From Eledone cirrhosa (lineage: Eukaryota): a stretch of 64,000 nucleotides of DNA. The stretch lies in the NCBI GenBank assembly GCA_964016885.1, contig OZ024743.1:4154001-4218000 (forward strand), given 5' to 3'. Within the stretch, counting starts at the first letter, position 1; each line of letters opens with the position of its first letter. The translations under genes and the position numbers were made by a program. The notes below the pieces were generated by a model, which was not told the DNA's origin, did no database searches, and saw nothing but the letters and a program-made list of their open reading frames with translations. Positions 39,824-55,434 of this stretch are shown here, in pieces.

Positions 39824-40892
39824 GACTTTGCATGACTGCATATATAAGCAACAAAGAATTTGAGGTACTTAATACAAACGTCGTCCTATATAGTAAAATA
39901 AACAGCTAAAACACAATAATTTGGAGTTATTTGATTAGCTTAGATCTTTCGATCGTCTAACAAATAACACGATTTTTATTTGGAAACATTGCTTATATAC
40001 AGAAATAGTAGGCAGCGAAGCTAATTTATAAATTATATCAAGAATTGATGAAAAAATAAAGATATAGTAATATGTATATAATACAAAGGTAAATAAATTG
40101 ACATCGTTAAAATATATATAAATATAATAAGGAAAAAGTAAATAAATAAATAAATACAAAAATATGTGGACAAGCATTTATATTATTTATTATATATTAT
40201 AGACAAATCAAAAGATAAATTATAGATAAATATATATTTATTTAAATCATATTTCTGTGGTTACTGTTGGATTTATATTGTGCTTGTCGCTGTGATCACA
40301 GGTCTGTCTAAGTAGAGCTATGATCAAAGACGTTCAAACTGTACAATATCGTCTTTACATCTACGATTGCAGTATGTTGAGTACACATGTCTTCTTCCCG
40401 CCTTCGACGCCTATCGTATTTAATGGTATTTTTTACTTGATGTATAGAAATCTTGACGGCGTTAAATTAAAATTGTCATATCTGCCTAACTGATAAAGTA
40501 TATACCAATAATGTATTGGTAGTGTGCGCTTTACTTGACTCCACTCTTCATTAATGGACCGTCGAACTAAAAGCGGGTTTCCAGTTCAATTCCCGCCTAG
40601 ACCGAATTTCCGTTTCATATCCCTGGTTCATTAAAATAAGAAACAGCCAAATTCGAAGGTTAATTTATGCCAGGCACTCATGTTAGAACTTTTTAATGTT
40701 GTATTTAAATGAATCATTGTTATTTTTAATTTATTAGATAGCACTCAAGGTCTGGGGCATTCTTTCTGCTGTTAAAGATCTTCTTTATTATCATTACTAC
40801 GAGTATAAATCTGTTGCTAAGCTGCCAGTAAAACTCAACAGACACACAAACAACTAGAAATATAATTATTTGTATTGTATGTTTATATATTA

Positions 40893-41509
40893 CAGAGGCG
40901 GTAGAACGGATGTAGTGGGGACCATGCCCCACCCCCCAATAATTATATTTTTTTCTCTCCAAACTACCAAAACACACACCTATTTGTATATGCGCTACAA
41001 CTTATGTACATGCTCTGTCTATCGCATATCGAGGTTTTTTTGATATCTTGGTTGATATTTGATAATATACTATGTTAACATTCATAGTAAATGCTTTTGT
41101 CATATAACTTTTTCTCCACATATTACTATTTGCCAATTGTTAGTATGTGTGTTCAGAGACAAATTTCATAGGTCATTTTGCTATAATCACTTAATAATTA
41201 TTGAAAGGTGTAAATATAATTGTTTCTACTTTTGGCACAAAGCCAGCAATTATCCCAGTGTATTACTGGTACTTTATTTTATCGACCCCGTAAGGATTAA
41301 AGGCAAAGTTAACCTCGGCGAGATTTGAACTGATAATGTCCCGGTTGCAAAGCATGCGTCCGACCCTCTACCGATACTGCCAATCCACCAGACTGAAATT
41401 GCATTTTCTGACCATTTTAGAGTGCAAAAAGGCGAAACTAATCACTACAACTAAATTGAACAAATATGCCTCCCCCACAGTCCACAATTCAGAAATACTT
41501 CCGCCGGCC

Positions 41510-41512
<3 letters not shown>
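40893..41512. mobile_element. Possible hAT-like non-autonomous element with nested SINE S1
   Basis: Imperfect termini CAGAGGCGG ... CCGGCCCTG in TA-rich flanks. Confidence 0.45.
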
Positions 41513-41559
<47 letters not shown>

Positions 41560-42149
41560 TCTCGGGTCCAAAATAATAATGGGGGCTGGAATAATCGGTG
41601 TTAGGGTTGGAAATTTGCTTAAATTCTTATAAGTTGTCGGTGGGGGATTGGTAATTGTAAAGTGTACGTTCGTAAATATGGGATTTATTGTAATGTTGTC
41701 TTTTTTTGTCATATATAATGTTGTTTTAATGTAAAATAAAATAATTATTTTATTCTCCAGCCACTTTATAGATATAAATCACTTACAATCAAATTTAATA
41801 GATAAACAAAATTTAATAAGCAGGAGTTAATAAGACGATTATTCAAGAACTGAGAGTAAATGAAAGAGAAAGGGGGATTGGGCGAGATTATTGTATGGTA
41901 GTTATAGAGGGGATGGAGAGAATGTAGTGGTGATTAGTATAGAGAGGAGGGTTGAGAGAAACAGTATCGTGGTAGATATAAAGAGGGGTGTTAAATGATA
42001 TAGAGATATGGATTGGAAGAGTTCCGTGTAGTAAATATAGAGAGGGGGAGAGTTTGTGTTAATTGATTTAGAGAGGCTATTTGGGAGAGATCAATGTAGA
42101 TATATGCGATACATCATAGAGAGTGTAGGGTGTAAACCTAACATCGGTT

Positions 42150-42480
42150 TGGCTCTGATCAATTTAGATCAATCAAAAACTTTCGATAGGTTCGACCATT
42201 AATACCTGGATGTTCTCCTCAAGGCAGCTAGCTTCAGTCCAGTCTTCAGAGGCTGGTTCGTTACAATTCACTGTGGCATCTGCTCGGTGATCAATGTTAA
42301 TGTCCACCTTTTCGGAACCGTTTCAAGTCTCCCGATCGGTCCTTCACAAGTGCTCTCTCTCTCTTCCCTTCTGTACGTATTGACTCTCGAGTCTTGCGGG
42401 CGTTGGAGCTGTTGTAAGGTCATCCCATTCGAACCTGGACTCAGAAAGGCTGTGTCGGCTTATGCTGACGACCGCACCTC
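42150..42480 (+). mobile_element. Tx1/L1-type RT fragment
   Basis: LSSLLYVLTLE...VSAYADD. Confidence 0.75.
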
Positions 42481-42484
42481 GGAA

Positions 42485-42611
<127 letters not shown>

Positions 42612-42615
42612 TGTA

Positions 42616-42935
42616 GGAAGAACTCATAAGAGTCAACAGCCATCCAAAAGTGTGTAAATTTGTGTATATATACATGTACATATGTATGTATATGTATATG
42701 CGCGGGGACATAGAAATAGTCGGGCTGGATACCTGCAGTTAAACCACTGGGAGTGAAGGACCCTAGCCTTTGTCAGGGCAGTCTTCTAGGAGAAGGCAAC
42801 TCAGGAAACTAGGATAACTCCGATATTAACCTGCGACTCAGTAGTTACCGATGATGTTGATATTTTCTTCTTTTCGGGTTATAGCTACTGTCGCTCTAGA
42901 GTGGGATTGGCTCAGTGCACAGTCTTTCCTCACTT
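42616..42935 (+). mobile_element. Diverged 5' part of bipartite RTE-derived element
   Basis: TAAGAGTCAA..GCCATCCAAAA, TAGCCTTTGTCA.GGCAG..TTCTAGGAGAAGG shared with 22350-22530. Confidence 0.7.
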
Positions 42936-43499
42936 TAAAAAATATGGAGGAGATATTGTTGCATAAGCCACTTACTTGCCAAGGGTGCCACGCAGTGAGA
43001 CCAAAGCCTGAACCCAGTCGAAATCTTTAACCACGCAGTTATGCCCACTTCTGTAAATATCATACAATTTCTCTGCGAGAGAATAGAGCTCCTATCCCTC
43101 ACGTGACATCCGGATTTATTAACCAAAATACTACACGAGTATATCTTCAATAATTCATTCATGCGCTGCTGATTTATAAACACTTAATCCTGGAGTATAT
43201 ATTTGATGCATTTCTGTCTATCTACTCTAGTTCAGTATATGTTCTAATATCTACGTGTTACGAACTGTTGTTGTAGTTCCGCTGTTGGTAGAAACATTAG
43301 AGAGAGAAAAAAACGTTGTACTTAATTCCATAATTTACTGTTCTAATTCCTATAGTATTTTAACTCTATGGATCATCATCAGGCATCAGGCTTTCGTAAC
43401 AAGTACAGCTACATTGTCCGCCCTTACGTGTAGAACGTTGACCAAGTTGTAACGTGTCCAGTCATGTATGTTGCTGGTCCAGGATTTTTTAAATCTATA

Positions 43500-44290
43500 T
43501 CTTCTTCACTCTTCTTCAATCGTGCCCTTGGGAATTGTTTTGAACTGGAAGTCGTGACAGATTACTTAACTGTATAATGGGAGCCTCCGTATTTTTATCA
43601 TCACAAGGTGGCTTTTGTGGATGCCAACAGTTGGTGACTTGGTACCTGATTAGACTATTTGTCTTTGTGTACGGGATGCGTGGCAGCCTTCTAAAACACA
43701 ATTGCTAGAATTCGTAGTTCTATTCCGGCTGTAAAGAGACCAGTTCTCACACGTGTACAGAAGCATCAAAGTCATCAGGGACTCAAACAATTTGAACCTC
43801 ATTAGAAATCTAATTGGATTGATTTTTCATATGATATTCAACTTCCTAATTGAAGAAAAGCCCAGGCTGAATCTTCATTGAGCTGACTTCTCTGGTCAAG
43901 ATAGATCCTATGTACTTGAAGTTTAAAGCTTTTAAAGCTTTTCTCCGTTTAGAATGATACAGTTTGTTGTATTCTGGTTATGAGTATCAATCAGAATCTT
44001 GCTCTTTTTCTCAGCTGATTCTCCATTCCGCTTGCTCCAGACATGCTTTCAAATCTGGTGGTGAGTTCCTGGATTTCTCCTGCATTGTTTCCCAGTAGGT
44101 TAATATCACCAGTAAAGCGTTCTTTGGAAAGAGGCCGTCTTCAATGGATATGTATGTGTGGAATTTCCGAAGTATTTCTTATACGATTTTCTCAGCAATG
44201 AAGTTACTCTCGAAGGTGAAATTCCTCCTCACCTGCTGCAAATCCTCCGCCAAACGCGATCAAATAACTTACATTTGCCGATTGAAAAAT
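43500..44290 (-). mobile_element. Decayed RTE-like LINE RT/3' end
   Basis: FTGDINLLG, FKYIGS, LLYTCENWSL; GAA-rich tail. Confidence 0.65.
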
Positions 44291-46385
44291 AATCTCTTCC
44301 TGAAAAATAAATGTATCTACAATTTTGAAGAATTCCTTAGATTTCTAGTTAATGATTTAAACAAAATATAATAAAAGGTCGACAACAGAAGCCTGTGTGC
44401 AGATACAAGTTGCATGAAAATTTCATCCCTAACACGAAAATGCTGGCTCACGCATTTAAAAAAAAATTTAAATACAATATTACAATAACTTCGTGGATAT
44501 GTTTGTGTTTTTTAAATTAATTTCCTCATACTAAGTAAGAAACAAATTACATAATAGCAGAATTAATATATAAAGTATGTACACGTTTTTGTTTTATTTT
44601 GATTTAAAACTTTTATGATATAACTTTATAAAAATGATTTCTGGTTAAAGGTGTTCCAAATAATTATCTCCCTTGTACATTAATATACGAAGCTACATAT
44701 ATGATGCCATAATAGGAGTAGGGTTGAAGTTTACTAGGAAAAATAGGACTGAAAAATCATGGTACTTTGTTAAGTGTACAGAATTGTATGATTCGATTAC
44801 TACGTTTCTGTGAATCAAATAAGTGACACTATTTTGTGCCCTCTTTAGAAAGATACAGACGTCAAAATATCACAAAAAGAAACAGTTTCCTCAAACGGAT
44901 TCGTTTACTCCATTTGGATATTCTGGTCACAATTAATTTCAAAAATACATGAAGACCTTAAAATGTTTTATACACCTCTAGAAATCTCAGGTTCCACAAT
45001 AATGTACTATAATGTCTCTGTTCATAACCATTCTCTATTTTTGTACATTTCGATTATATATTTCAAGTGTGCCCTTCAGTTTTAAACACAGTAGTGTGGA
45101 ATTTGGATATGAAATAAATTTGGCTGCTATTTCTAGCAGCTCATCTGACCGCAAAAAACGCGCTGTCCTTGGTTGTAATGTACTGTATAATATGGGTATG
45201 GTGCAATATTTGTGTATGTTTCAAGCCTCCATCGGACTGAATTGCACATGTATCTGCACCAGGAATATTCCGCTTCAGAGTGCAAGTCTGGAGAACGTTT
45301 TGCATGGATTACTTGTATTTGCCAATGTAGTATTTATCTCCAATCCAAGAAAACAATATTGTTAAAAGGCTGATACAACGTGGAATCAATGTAATCACAG
45401 ACGAGATGAGTTCGTAAAGCGCCAGAATTACCGCAAGGCATTTTTTTCAAAGCTCTCACAATTGTATAATTCCTCCAATCTAGACTTTATTTATCGACCC
45501 GAACGTGTAGAACGCAATGCTAGTCTTGGGCGAGCTTACATAAACAGGCAAAACAAATGACGCAATATATTTTGTTTGACGCTCTAACGATTCTCCCTGG
45601 CCTCAATTTTATGGTTTTTATTAATAGCTTTAATGGCGGTACTTTTGATGCTAAACAATTTGATTAAAGAATAAACAACACAATCTTTCATTTGTAATTT
45701 GCAATATAACTTAATGGCTTCATACGTATTTAAGCAACTAGTATTTATTATAGAATGGGGATAAAAAGACAAAAGATTCTTTGAAAAATAAATATCTATA
45801 GACTGCTGGAGCAACTACAAAATGTTTAGAAATAACGTGTCTTAAAACTTTTTCTTTTCAATTAATTCTCAGTTCGACACATAATTAAGAACATGTTGCT
45901 TAATGTATTCTTATCGAGTCCTAGAGGGAAATGTTTAATGTCATGTGATGTGGGTTTTACTTGTTATTCTAGATTACAAACGCTTCGTAACAGCACTGTT
46001 AGTTAAAAAAAAAACAACTAATTTGTGTGAAATTAATGCATTTATTTAGTCAAATTAAATTTGGAGATATTTTACTGTCTGCAGTTACATAATTGAAAAT
46101 AACGTTTGTTATGACCATACTCTGAATTGCAATTTACCGTAACGTTCGTTTAATTTACAGTGCAGCTACTATTTATAATGGTCAATCGATATGTGCATAC
46201 GATATATACATTTATACAAGTGGTATGGCTCTTACGATACGTGCTTTTAAACAAGTGTGTTGGTATATAGACAGTCAGTTTCTTTTATCATTATTCGGAA
46301 ATGTAGATGGATCTCTGTGACAAATTGTGTGCAGATTGAGAAATTACGACGTCCTTTCAAGTCAAATAGAGATACTTTCACTCTT

Positions 46386-46985
46386 AATAATAATTGTTTC
46401 TACTTTTGGCACAAGGTCGGCAATTATCCCAGTGCATTACTGGTACTTTATTTTATCGTCCCCGTAAGGATGAAAGGCAAACTTAACCTCGGCGGAATTT
46501 GAACTCAGACCGTAAAGGGACGTAACTCTATGCTACAAAGCATGGCGTATGACCCTCTACCGATACTGCCAATCCGACGCACTTAATAATTATAGTTTTT
46601 GGTTTAGGCACATAGCCAAGAATTTTAGGTGAGTGGAAAGTCGATTAATTCGACAACAGTGTATTACTGGTACTTTATTTTATCAACACGGATGAAAGGC
46701 AAAGCTAACCTCGGCGGGATTTGAACTCAGAATGTAGAAGACCGTAACTCTATGCCACAAAGCATATTGTCTGATGCTCTACCGATGCTGCCAATCACCA
46801 CCCTTCCACTCTTAGTAATAATTGTTTCTACTTTTGGCACAAGGCCAGCAATTATCCCAGTACATTACTGGTATTATTGACCCCGTAAGGATGAAAAGCA
46901 AAGTTAACCTCAGCGGGATTTGAATTCAGTCCGAAAATGGACATAACTCTATGCTGGAAAGCATGACGTCCGACCCTCTACCGAT
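46386..46985 (-). mobile_element. Three head-to-tail SINE S1 copies
   Basis: Copies at ~46386-46581, ~46590-46805 and ~46815-46985. Confidence 0.9.
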
Positions 46986-48220
46986 AATGAAAACTACTGA
47001 GAGCCTCAAAAATAGTATATTTGTACATTTTATAAAATCGGTCATCCGTTGATGATTATGCTCAGTTTAGTTGACAGATAATATCTGCATATTTAATGTG
47101 CGCGTGGATATAATTAACATGGACAATTGAGATTAAAACAGTAACAACAAACTCTAAGGAGGAAATATGACCCCACATCTGTTTCACATTTAATATTCTC
47201 TGTATGAATTTTTAATCTTTTCTAAATTTGTTATGTGTTCTGGGTGTAGTATGTTTGAGGTGATGTTTATATTTTCATTGTACAAGTTTTACGTGACCGT
47301 GTATGATGAATGTATTATCGAAGAGTCTGTTGTTCAAACTACTCATAACATAGAGCCAGTAATCAGAACCTGTGTCCGTGCATAGCTGTAATACAGATCA
47401 AAACGACTAAAGCTGAACTAAAATGTCTGGGTACCTATTATCAAAAACCATGTGATCAAAAGCAATTCAAAGTAAATTGTTTGGACAAGTTATGCAAGGA
47501 AACGTCGATGGGCCCCAAATTTATAGTTTCAGAGGGGATGTCTTTTTTTCTCTAAATATTCTGTTGCTGCTACAAAAGCGTCATCTTTTCGAGCTGGCTG
47601 GTCTTGTGCCATCTCCGACCTGTCAGCATTCTCTCAGAAAACATCAACCAGCAGGAGTCTCAACTGAACATCCATCATATTAATCTCCCAAAATATATTT
47701 TGCGTCCAAGACTAGCGAAACCCTAAATAACTATTGGCACAACCAATTCAGACAAGGAAAAACACTTTAAGCTTGAGACTATATATCTAACTAGTTGCTT
47801 GGTTTCCAACTTACATATACTATGGATATTTCATTGGGTTAGATTAATTATTTTAACGTTAGTTTGTTTCAGTTGGTTAGTTTTCTAAGTAGATAATCTA
47901 TTCGGTGGCAATTTATGATTTCTTTTGTCTAATTACCGTTGTTTGATGATTAAGTACTTTTTATAGTTGGAATACTAATGATGCCCATGCTGATTTAACA
48001 GGTGCTTGACCGCAAGTTCTAGCAAGTCGAGTGAATGCGCGGAGGTTTCCTTGGAGATAATTATAATCAGGTTAGGACAATAACATTGATGAATATGATG
48101 ACCTCTTTGACATGTTTTTCTTTCAGTTTAAATATACATGTAAAAAAGATGACGATGTATTTATTCAAAATATTCTTCCTTCTAACAAAAAAAAACAACA
48201 AAAAAAACAACAACAGAATA

Positions 48221-48400
48221 ACCTCGGAGCCAGTTTCCTACTCACTGCTATCGGAGTGGAGTCGGCTGCCTGCAGGTGTGATCCCCGCGATGTGGAGTGG
48301 TTGTTCCAACGCGTCTCCTACGCCGTCCTTCGGGGCAATGTATTCTCCATCTTGTAGGCCGGGACCAAGAGGCAGATGTGGAGGATACTGGTTCGGACGT
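48221..48400 (+). mobile_element. CRE-clade 3' fragment
   Basis: CDPRDVEWLFQRVSYAVLRGNVFSIL*. Confidence 0.8.
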
Positions 48401-49052
48401 CGCACATATACACACATACACAAAATAGATAAACAGGATAAAAGCTTCTCCATTTATTGATTCCTTAATTAACTCATAAACGCATTGGTTAAGAAATTTG
48501 TTTTCCAGCCGTGAGATTTTGGGTTAGATTCCACTGAATGATATCTTGGGCAAATGTCTTTACCAAAGGAAAAATAATATGCTTTTGTACTTACACAATC
48601 CATCATAAATCAACAATTCTTTGGATATTTGTTAAAATAAAACCAGAACATACGATACCACTTCAAAATGAAGAGAATGCAGACCTGCCAACCTCTAAAA
48701 ACCCAAACGGGGAGGACCATGAAAAAAGTGCCATAAGACAGGGAAGAAGGCAAAATGGGGACATTTTACATAATGAAAGTTATACCTTTTTTTCACAAGA
48801 GACATCTCTCACCCACCCGAAATCCTATTGCAAATCTCCCCGTCCGACGGGGAGTGTTGACAGGTTTGAGAGTGTAACGTAAACACGGGTGTGTGGTTAA
48901 CAGGTTCATTTCTCAATCCTGTGTTCTAAATTATGCAGCGCCGTAAGTAAATGTTTCTTGACTTAGCAACACGCTGATCAACCCAGTGTGAGTAGAAAGC
49001 GTTAGACGAAAACTGTGTGCAAGTCTATCCTATAGATACGCGTATGTTTGTG

Positions 49053-49096
<44 letters not shown>

Positions 49097-49119
49097 CGTG
49101 TATAAACACATGCACACAC

Positions 49120-49164
<45 letters not shown>

Positions 49165-50579
49165 CACAATCTGGGGCAACAGAAACGAGCCAAGTTTGTC
49201 GTTGTAAATTTGGTCCGTAAAAGGTCTACATATATTGTAATTTGTATAGTTTATTTTGTTCTAAATCTTAAACATATCATCTCTCCACGCCTAATAGCAT
49301 ATATAGATCAATGATGAAAATGATGAAACTCCAAAACTTGATCATTTAACACTAATATTTCAGGTTAGATAGAAGATAGAAAAAGATTACATATAGAATA
49401 TAGAGGATAAGGATGTTTTGGCTTGCTGTTTATTATTAGAATGTTCAAAGGTACTTTTAGTTTTCTCTTAAATGGAAATGTGACAGAAATTTCTTTTAAT
49501 GTTTAACTAACAAGTATTGTGCGTAAGCAGCTCTAATTACAAAATAAATTGTTAAATTACGTCACATCTTTTATTCTTTTCTTTTAATATGCTTTCAATG
49601 TAAAATGCATTTTATTTTGAGACGGATATTAAAAGCCAATTTGCTGTTTTTTCGTAAAGCAGGCACAACACATTTCGAAATCCACAAACTATTGAAACAG
49701 AGGAAAATCCCTATTTCTTTGCATAACACAAAGCGTATTGTTTTACACTTCTTATGAAATTCCTCTACTGCGAAGAAAAGGGGTCTGGCAGACCTTGTTC
49801 TACTACATGTACGGATGAGACAAGATTAAAATACTTTATTTTTCAGGGACGAACAAAAATCCTTTTTTAATTCTCGAGTCTAGAATTTCTAGAAATAAGA
49901 TCTCCCCACCCCCCAAAAAGAAAGAAGAACATGTCAAGAGGTTTGAACGCTACTGAGTTTTACACTAAAATATGTGCAAGTAAGCTCCATTAAAGCAAGA
50001 AACACATTTATAACAGATTAGGCTGGTAAGTCAAGTATGGTAATTATAATTCAGGTTGATTTCAGAAAGCTTTCTGGAATGAGATATCAAAATTTGAACC
50101 CTGTTATGATGCCTCAGTATGGTGTTTTTACGGATATGATACCACCCTGTGTATATTTTAATAGCTGTGAAACAACAAGGATGTGCAATCATAATATAAG
50201 AGGCAATGTGGTCATCAAGTGACCTTGGCTGATAAAGCTTTACCAGTCAATTAATGCTTCGGAATACCTAAAACTGACAAAAATGAAGTTATCACCGAGC
50301 CTGTAAAGATATTTCCCATAAAAAATTGAAGGATTTTCAACAAAAGATTTTCAGCAAAAGTGTCAGAAATCAGATGGTTAGAAAGAAATAACTGAACATT
50401 ATGTTTTGGCTTTATCAAGTCCAGGAGTTTAATTACATAATGAATATTAGAACAAATATTTAGTACAAGCCTTTGACAAATTATTTACAAACTCTGTTCG
50501 ATTGTGGGAAGCTATGAAGCATCAATGGCAAAATACTGACATTTGTTGATGCAAAATATGATATATATATATATATACA

Positions 50580-50990
50580 GGTCCGTTTCTTCCGATATCA
50601 TTTCGGAAGAAGGATCAGGATGGAGAGAGAGGTGCTGCACCCCAGCCGTTTTTATGAAAGATGGGTGAAAGTGGCGAGAATGGCCCGTGTGAATGGGCCT
50701 TCACTCTACATCAGACTATAGGTGAGGAAGATGAAAGACCAAGGGAGCACCCCCTCTCTGTGCTCCTGAGGAGAAGGGTTGCACACTTTTTTTCGGGGGG
50801 GGGGGTGCGAGCCCCCAAGGCGCCTCCTCTCTATTGAGGATTTTGTTATAAATTTTATCTTGTTATATTTTATTTTATTTTTATATTTTGTTATTGCCTC
50901 CTCCTTATTGAGGATGCCTTTTTATGTAAACTCCCCCCATTGTACTTGTCCCACTTTTTGATGCCCTGGTGGCAAATAAAAAGAAAATTG
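50580..50990 (+). mobile_element. Tx1/L1-type 3' end between (TA)n runs
   Basis: Homologous to 54710-55081; AATAAA near the end. Confidence 0.8.
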
Positions 50991-51002
50991 TATATATATA
51001 TA

Positions 51003-51160
51003 CAGGTAAAATTCTGTTATAACGAATACCATTATAACGATTTTTTCAGTATAACGAAAATTTCTTCAATCCCCGGCCACACGCCTAATGTGTCAGGTGG
51101 GTCTAATTATAAAGAATTTTTTTATACCCCGTAAACTTTGTTTTAAAACACAATTTCACT
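51003..51160 (+). mobile_element. pogo/Tigger-like terminal fragment
   Basis: TA-CAGGTAAAATTCTGTTATAACG with repeated TATAACG motifs. Confidence 0.45.
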
Positions 51161-51222
51161 GTGTATATATATATATATATATATGTATATTTCAAAAATA
51201 GAGGTGTAACACAAGAGTTGTG

Positions 51223-51453
51223 ATATATTAGTAAAAGGAAAGGAAAATGGTGACAAATTTTTCGCAGTGAAAAATAGTTTAATTAGGAATAAGTATAAAT
51301 TAGTAATAAGTATTGGTTAGTATTCAGTTTTAAAACTTAAAACTAAAACTGAATACTAATCAATACTTATTACTAATATATACTTATTCCTAATTAAACT
51401 ATTTTTCACTGGGAAAAATTTGTCAGCATTTTCTTTTCCTTTTACTAATATAT
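51223..51453. repeat. AT-rich fold-back palindrome with ~105-bp arms
   Basis: ATATATTAGTAAAAGGAAAGG...CAGTTTTA / TAAAACTG...CCTTTTACTAATATAT with few mismatches. Confidence 0.9.
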
Positions 51454-51563
51454 ATATATATATATATATATATAAACACACACAAAGCAAACATTTTTTT
51501 TATTTTGAAGATGACGAGCAAAGTTTGAAATTGAGTTAGAAATAGAAGCTTTTGCCGTATTTT

Positions 51564-51603
<40 letters not shown>

Positions 51604-51605
<2 letters not shown>

Positions 51606-51779
51606 CGAAGGAAATGTGGTAAGGAACCAGGTGGACCATAACGCACCAAAGTACTCAATACTTGAAGTAGTAGAGTGGGTAATAGGAACCAGTAAGACCC
51701 CGACAGCTGAGCTCAAGCCGTTTCGACGGCTAATTCGTCGAAACGGCTTGAGCTCAGCTGTCGGGGTCTTACTGGTTCC

Positions 51780-51782
<3 letters not shown>
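51604..51782 (-). mobile_element. HHR-family A pLTR-like 3' end with 47-bp perfect fold-back, flanked by (TA)n
   Basis: Arms 51682-51728 and 51736-51782; close homolog of 31781-31984. Confidence 0.85.
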
Positions 51783-53133
<1,351 letters not shown>

Positions 53134-53333
53134 NNNNNNNNNNNNNNNNNNNNNNNNNNNNNNNNNNNNNNNNNNNNNNNNNNNNNNNNNNNNNNNNNNN
53201 NNNNNNNNNNNNNNNNNNNNNNNNNNNNNNNNNNNNNNNNNNNNNNNNNNNNNNNNNNNNNNNNNNNNNNNNNNNNNNNNNNNNNNNNNNNNNNNNNNNN
53301 NNNNNNNNNNNNNNNNNNNNNNNNNNNNNNNNN
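53134..53333. other. Assembly gap (200 N)
   Basis: Run of N. Confidence 1.
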
Positions 53334-54223
53334 CATTTTTAGATTTTAGGCGATACAACCTTTTCCAGTTTTATCACTAGAATTGCACATTTAGACTCCC
53401 CAAATTTCATTCCAACGTTAGTAGGATTTTGGGTCAAGAGATTCACTTGCTTTCTGACGGAATTCTGTGGCCGTCAGTTATTCGCTTCGCTATTTCATTT
53501 ACTGTCTCCAATTTGAATTTAGAGGTTTCTATTCCTATATTCATGTTGTATGGGTGAAATTAAATTAGGGTTGTGAATCTGCTGAAACCCATCGTCTCAA
53601 ATCACCTGTAACGTGCCCACAATTTTCAATGCTTTTTTTGTTTATATTGTAGATTAATTAATTTCAGATAAACTGTTGGTATGTTGTTTACTTCAAGATT
53701 TATTGACCGTTCTGTTTGTCCATCAGTATTAGTGTTCATGCTGTTATTGTAGTTTCTATTGGTGGTTGTATTGCTAAATTTAATGGCTGACTTTATAATT
53801 CCAGAATGATTTGAATCAGATAGTCCAGTTAACTACATCAATCTCCGTTTTCAGTGTTCATTTACATCTTTTGTGGAAAAGTATAGTTCAGGGTGCTTGA
53901 AGTAACCTGTAAATAAAACCGAACATGTTGGGTCGGATTGCATACATCCATCATATTAATCGTTACGATCGTAGATACATTGTATACAATGATTGTAGTC
54001 CCGAATAATCAAGATGATTTTGTATACTCACTGATATTTATATCTAATTTTATTCTAATGATATTATTTTAAAAGTTCCGACAAAGTTTTATAACAATTA
54101 AATTTAAAGTTCAACGCAGCTCGCGAAATTTTCTTTCAGATTGTAAGTGTTGTGTGGTGAATTGTATTTCATCGTTACCTGTCCAATTTCACTATCTATG
54201 TAAGGTTGCAACACCGGGCTGAT

Positions 54224-54314
<91 letters not shown>

Positions 54315-54315
54315 A

Positions 54316-55081
54316 CTCTAGGCGTAGAGGAAGACGAACCGGACAGTCTGTTCGGTAGGACCCTCTGCCCGGGACCGATGGACAACTTCCAAAAGTCCTT
54401 CCTGGCCTGGCAGTGCTATCGAGGAGCTCTACCAGTTCGAGACAAGCTCTACAGACATGAACGCCCGGGCAGGGACCCTTCGTAAAAGATCTGTCCGAGA
54501 TGCGTGCGAGACGAAGAGACCGTCGCGCACGCATTCATACACTGCCTGGTCGTTACCGACCTGTGGGGCTATGTAGAAAGACTATTGTCACGGGTGGGAC
54601 CAATCCGGTTGACCACCGAGCCCATTGTCATGATCAAACCGCCACCCTCCTTCAAACACGAAAGAGAGGCGATTTTCCTTTGTGTGATAGCTATGGCGAA
54701 AGAGGTTGTATGGTTTCAAATACCACTTTGGAAGAAGAATAAGGATGGAGAGAGAGGTGCTGTACCCCAGCAAGTTTTATGAAAGGTGGGTGAAAGTGGC
54801 GAGAATGGCCCGAGTGAATGGGCCTTCTCTCTATATCAGCCTGTAGGTTGAGGACAAAGAGGAAGAGAGGAAAAGGGGTACAAACTCTTCGTACTCCTGG
54901 AGATGAGGGTTGCACATTTTTCGGGACTATGTGTTACCCATATGAAATGTCTCCCCCTATTGGGGAAAATCGATTAATTTTTAAATTGCATTTGTGATAG
55001 TATTTTACACGTTTTTATTGTATGTAAACTCCCCCCTTTGTATTTGTCACTTTCTTTTGTGCACTGTGGCTAATAAAGAAA
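54316..55081 (+). mobile_element. Tx1/L1-type LINE 3' fragment embedded in (CTAT)n
   Basis: WQCYRGALPVRDKL, CPRCVRDEETVAHAFIHC (CCHC); AATAAA then (TCTA)n; (TCTA)n also upstream at 54225-54312. Confidence 0.85.
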
Positions 55082-55398
55082 CATATCTATCTATCTATCT
55101 ATCTATATATATATTTATATATATGTATGCATGTATATATGGGTGTATGCATGTATGTGTGTGTATGTGTCTGTGTGTGTTTGAGTGTCTGTGTTACAAT
55201 ATATGTATGCTTAAACACTTATGTAGAAATATTTGCCTGTAATCTTAACGATACCTGTAGCTAAACCTTTCTATATGTTATATTGCCTTCATATATGTAG
55301 TAATTACCTACGTCCGAATACGTATATATACATATATATATACATATATATATATACATATATATATATACATATATATACATATATATATCATGTGC

Positions 55399-55434
<36 letters not shown>

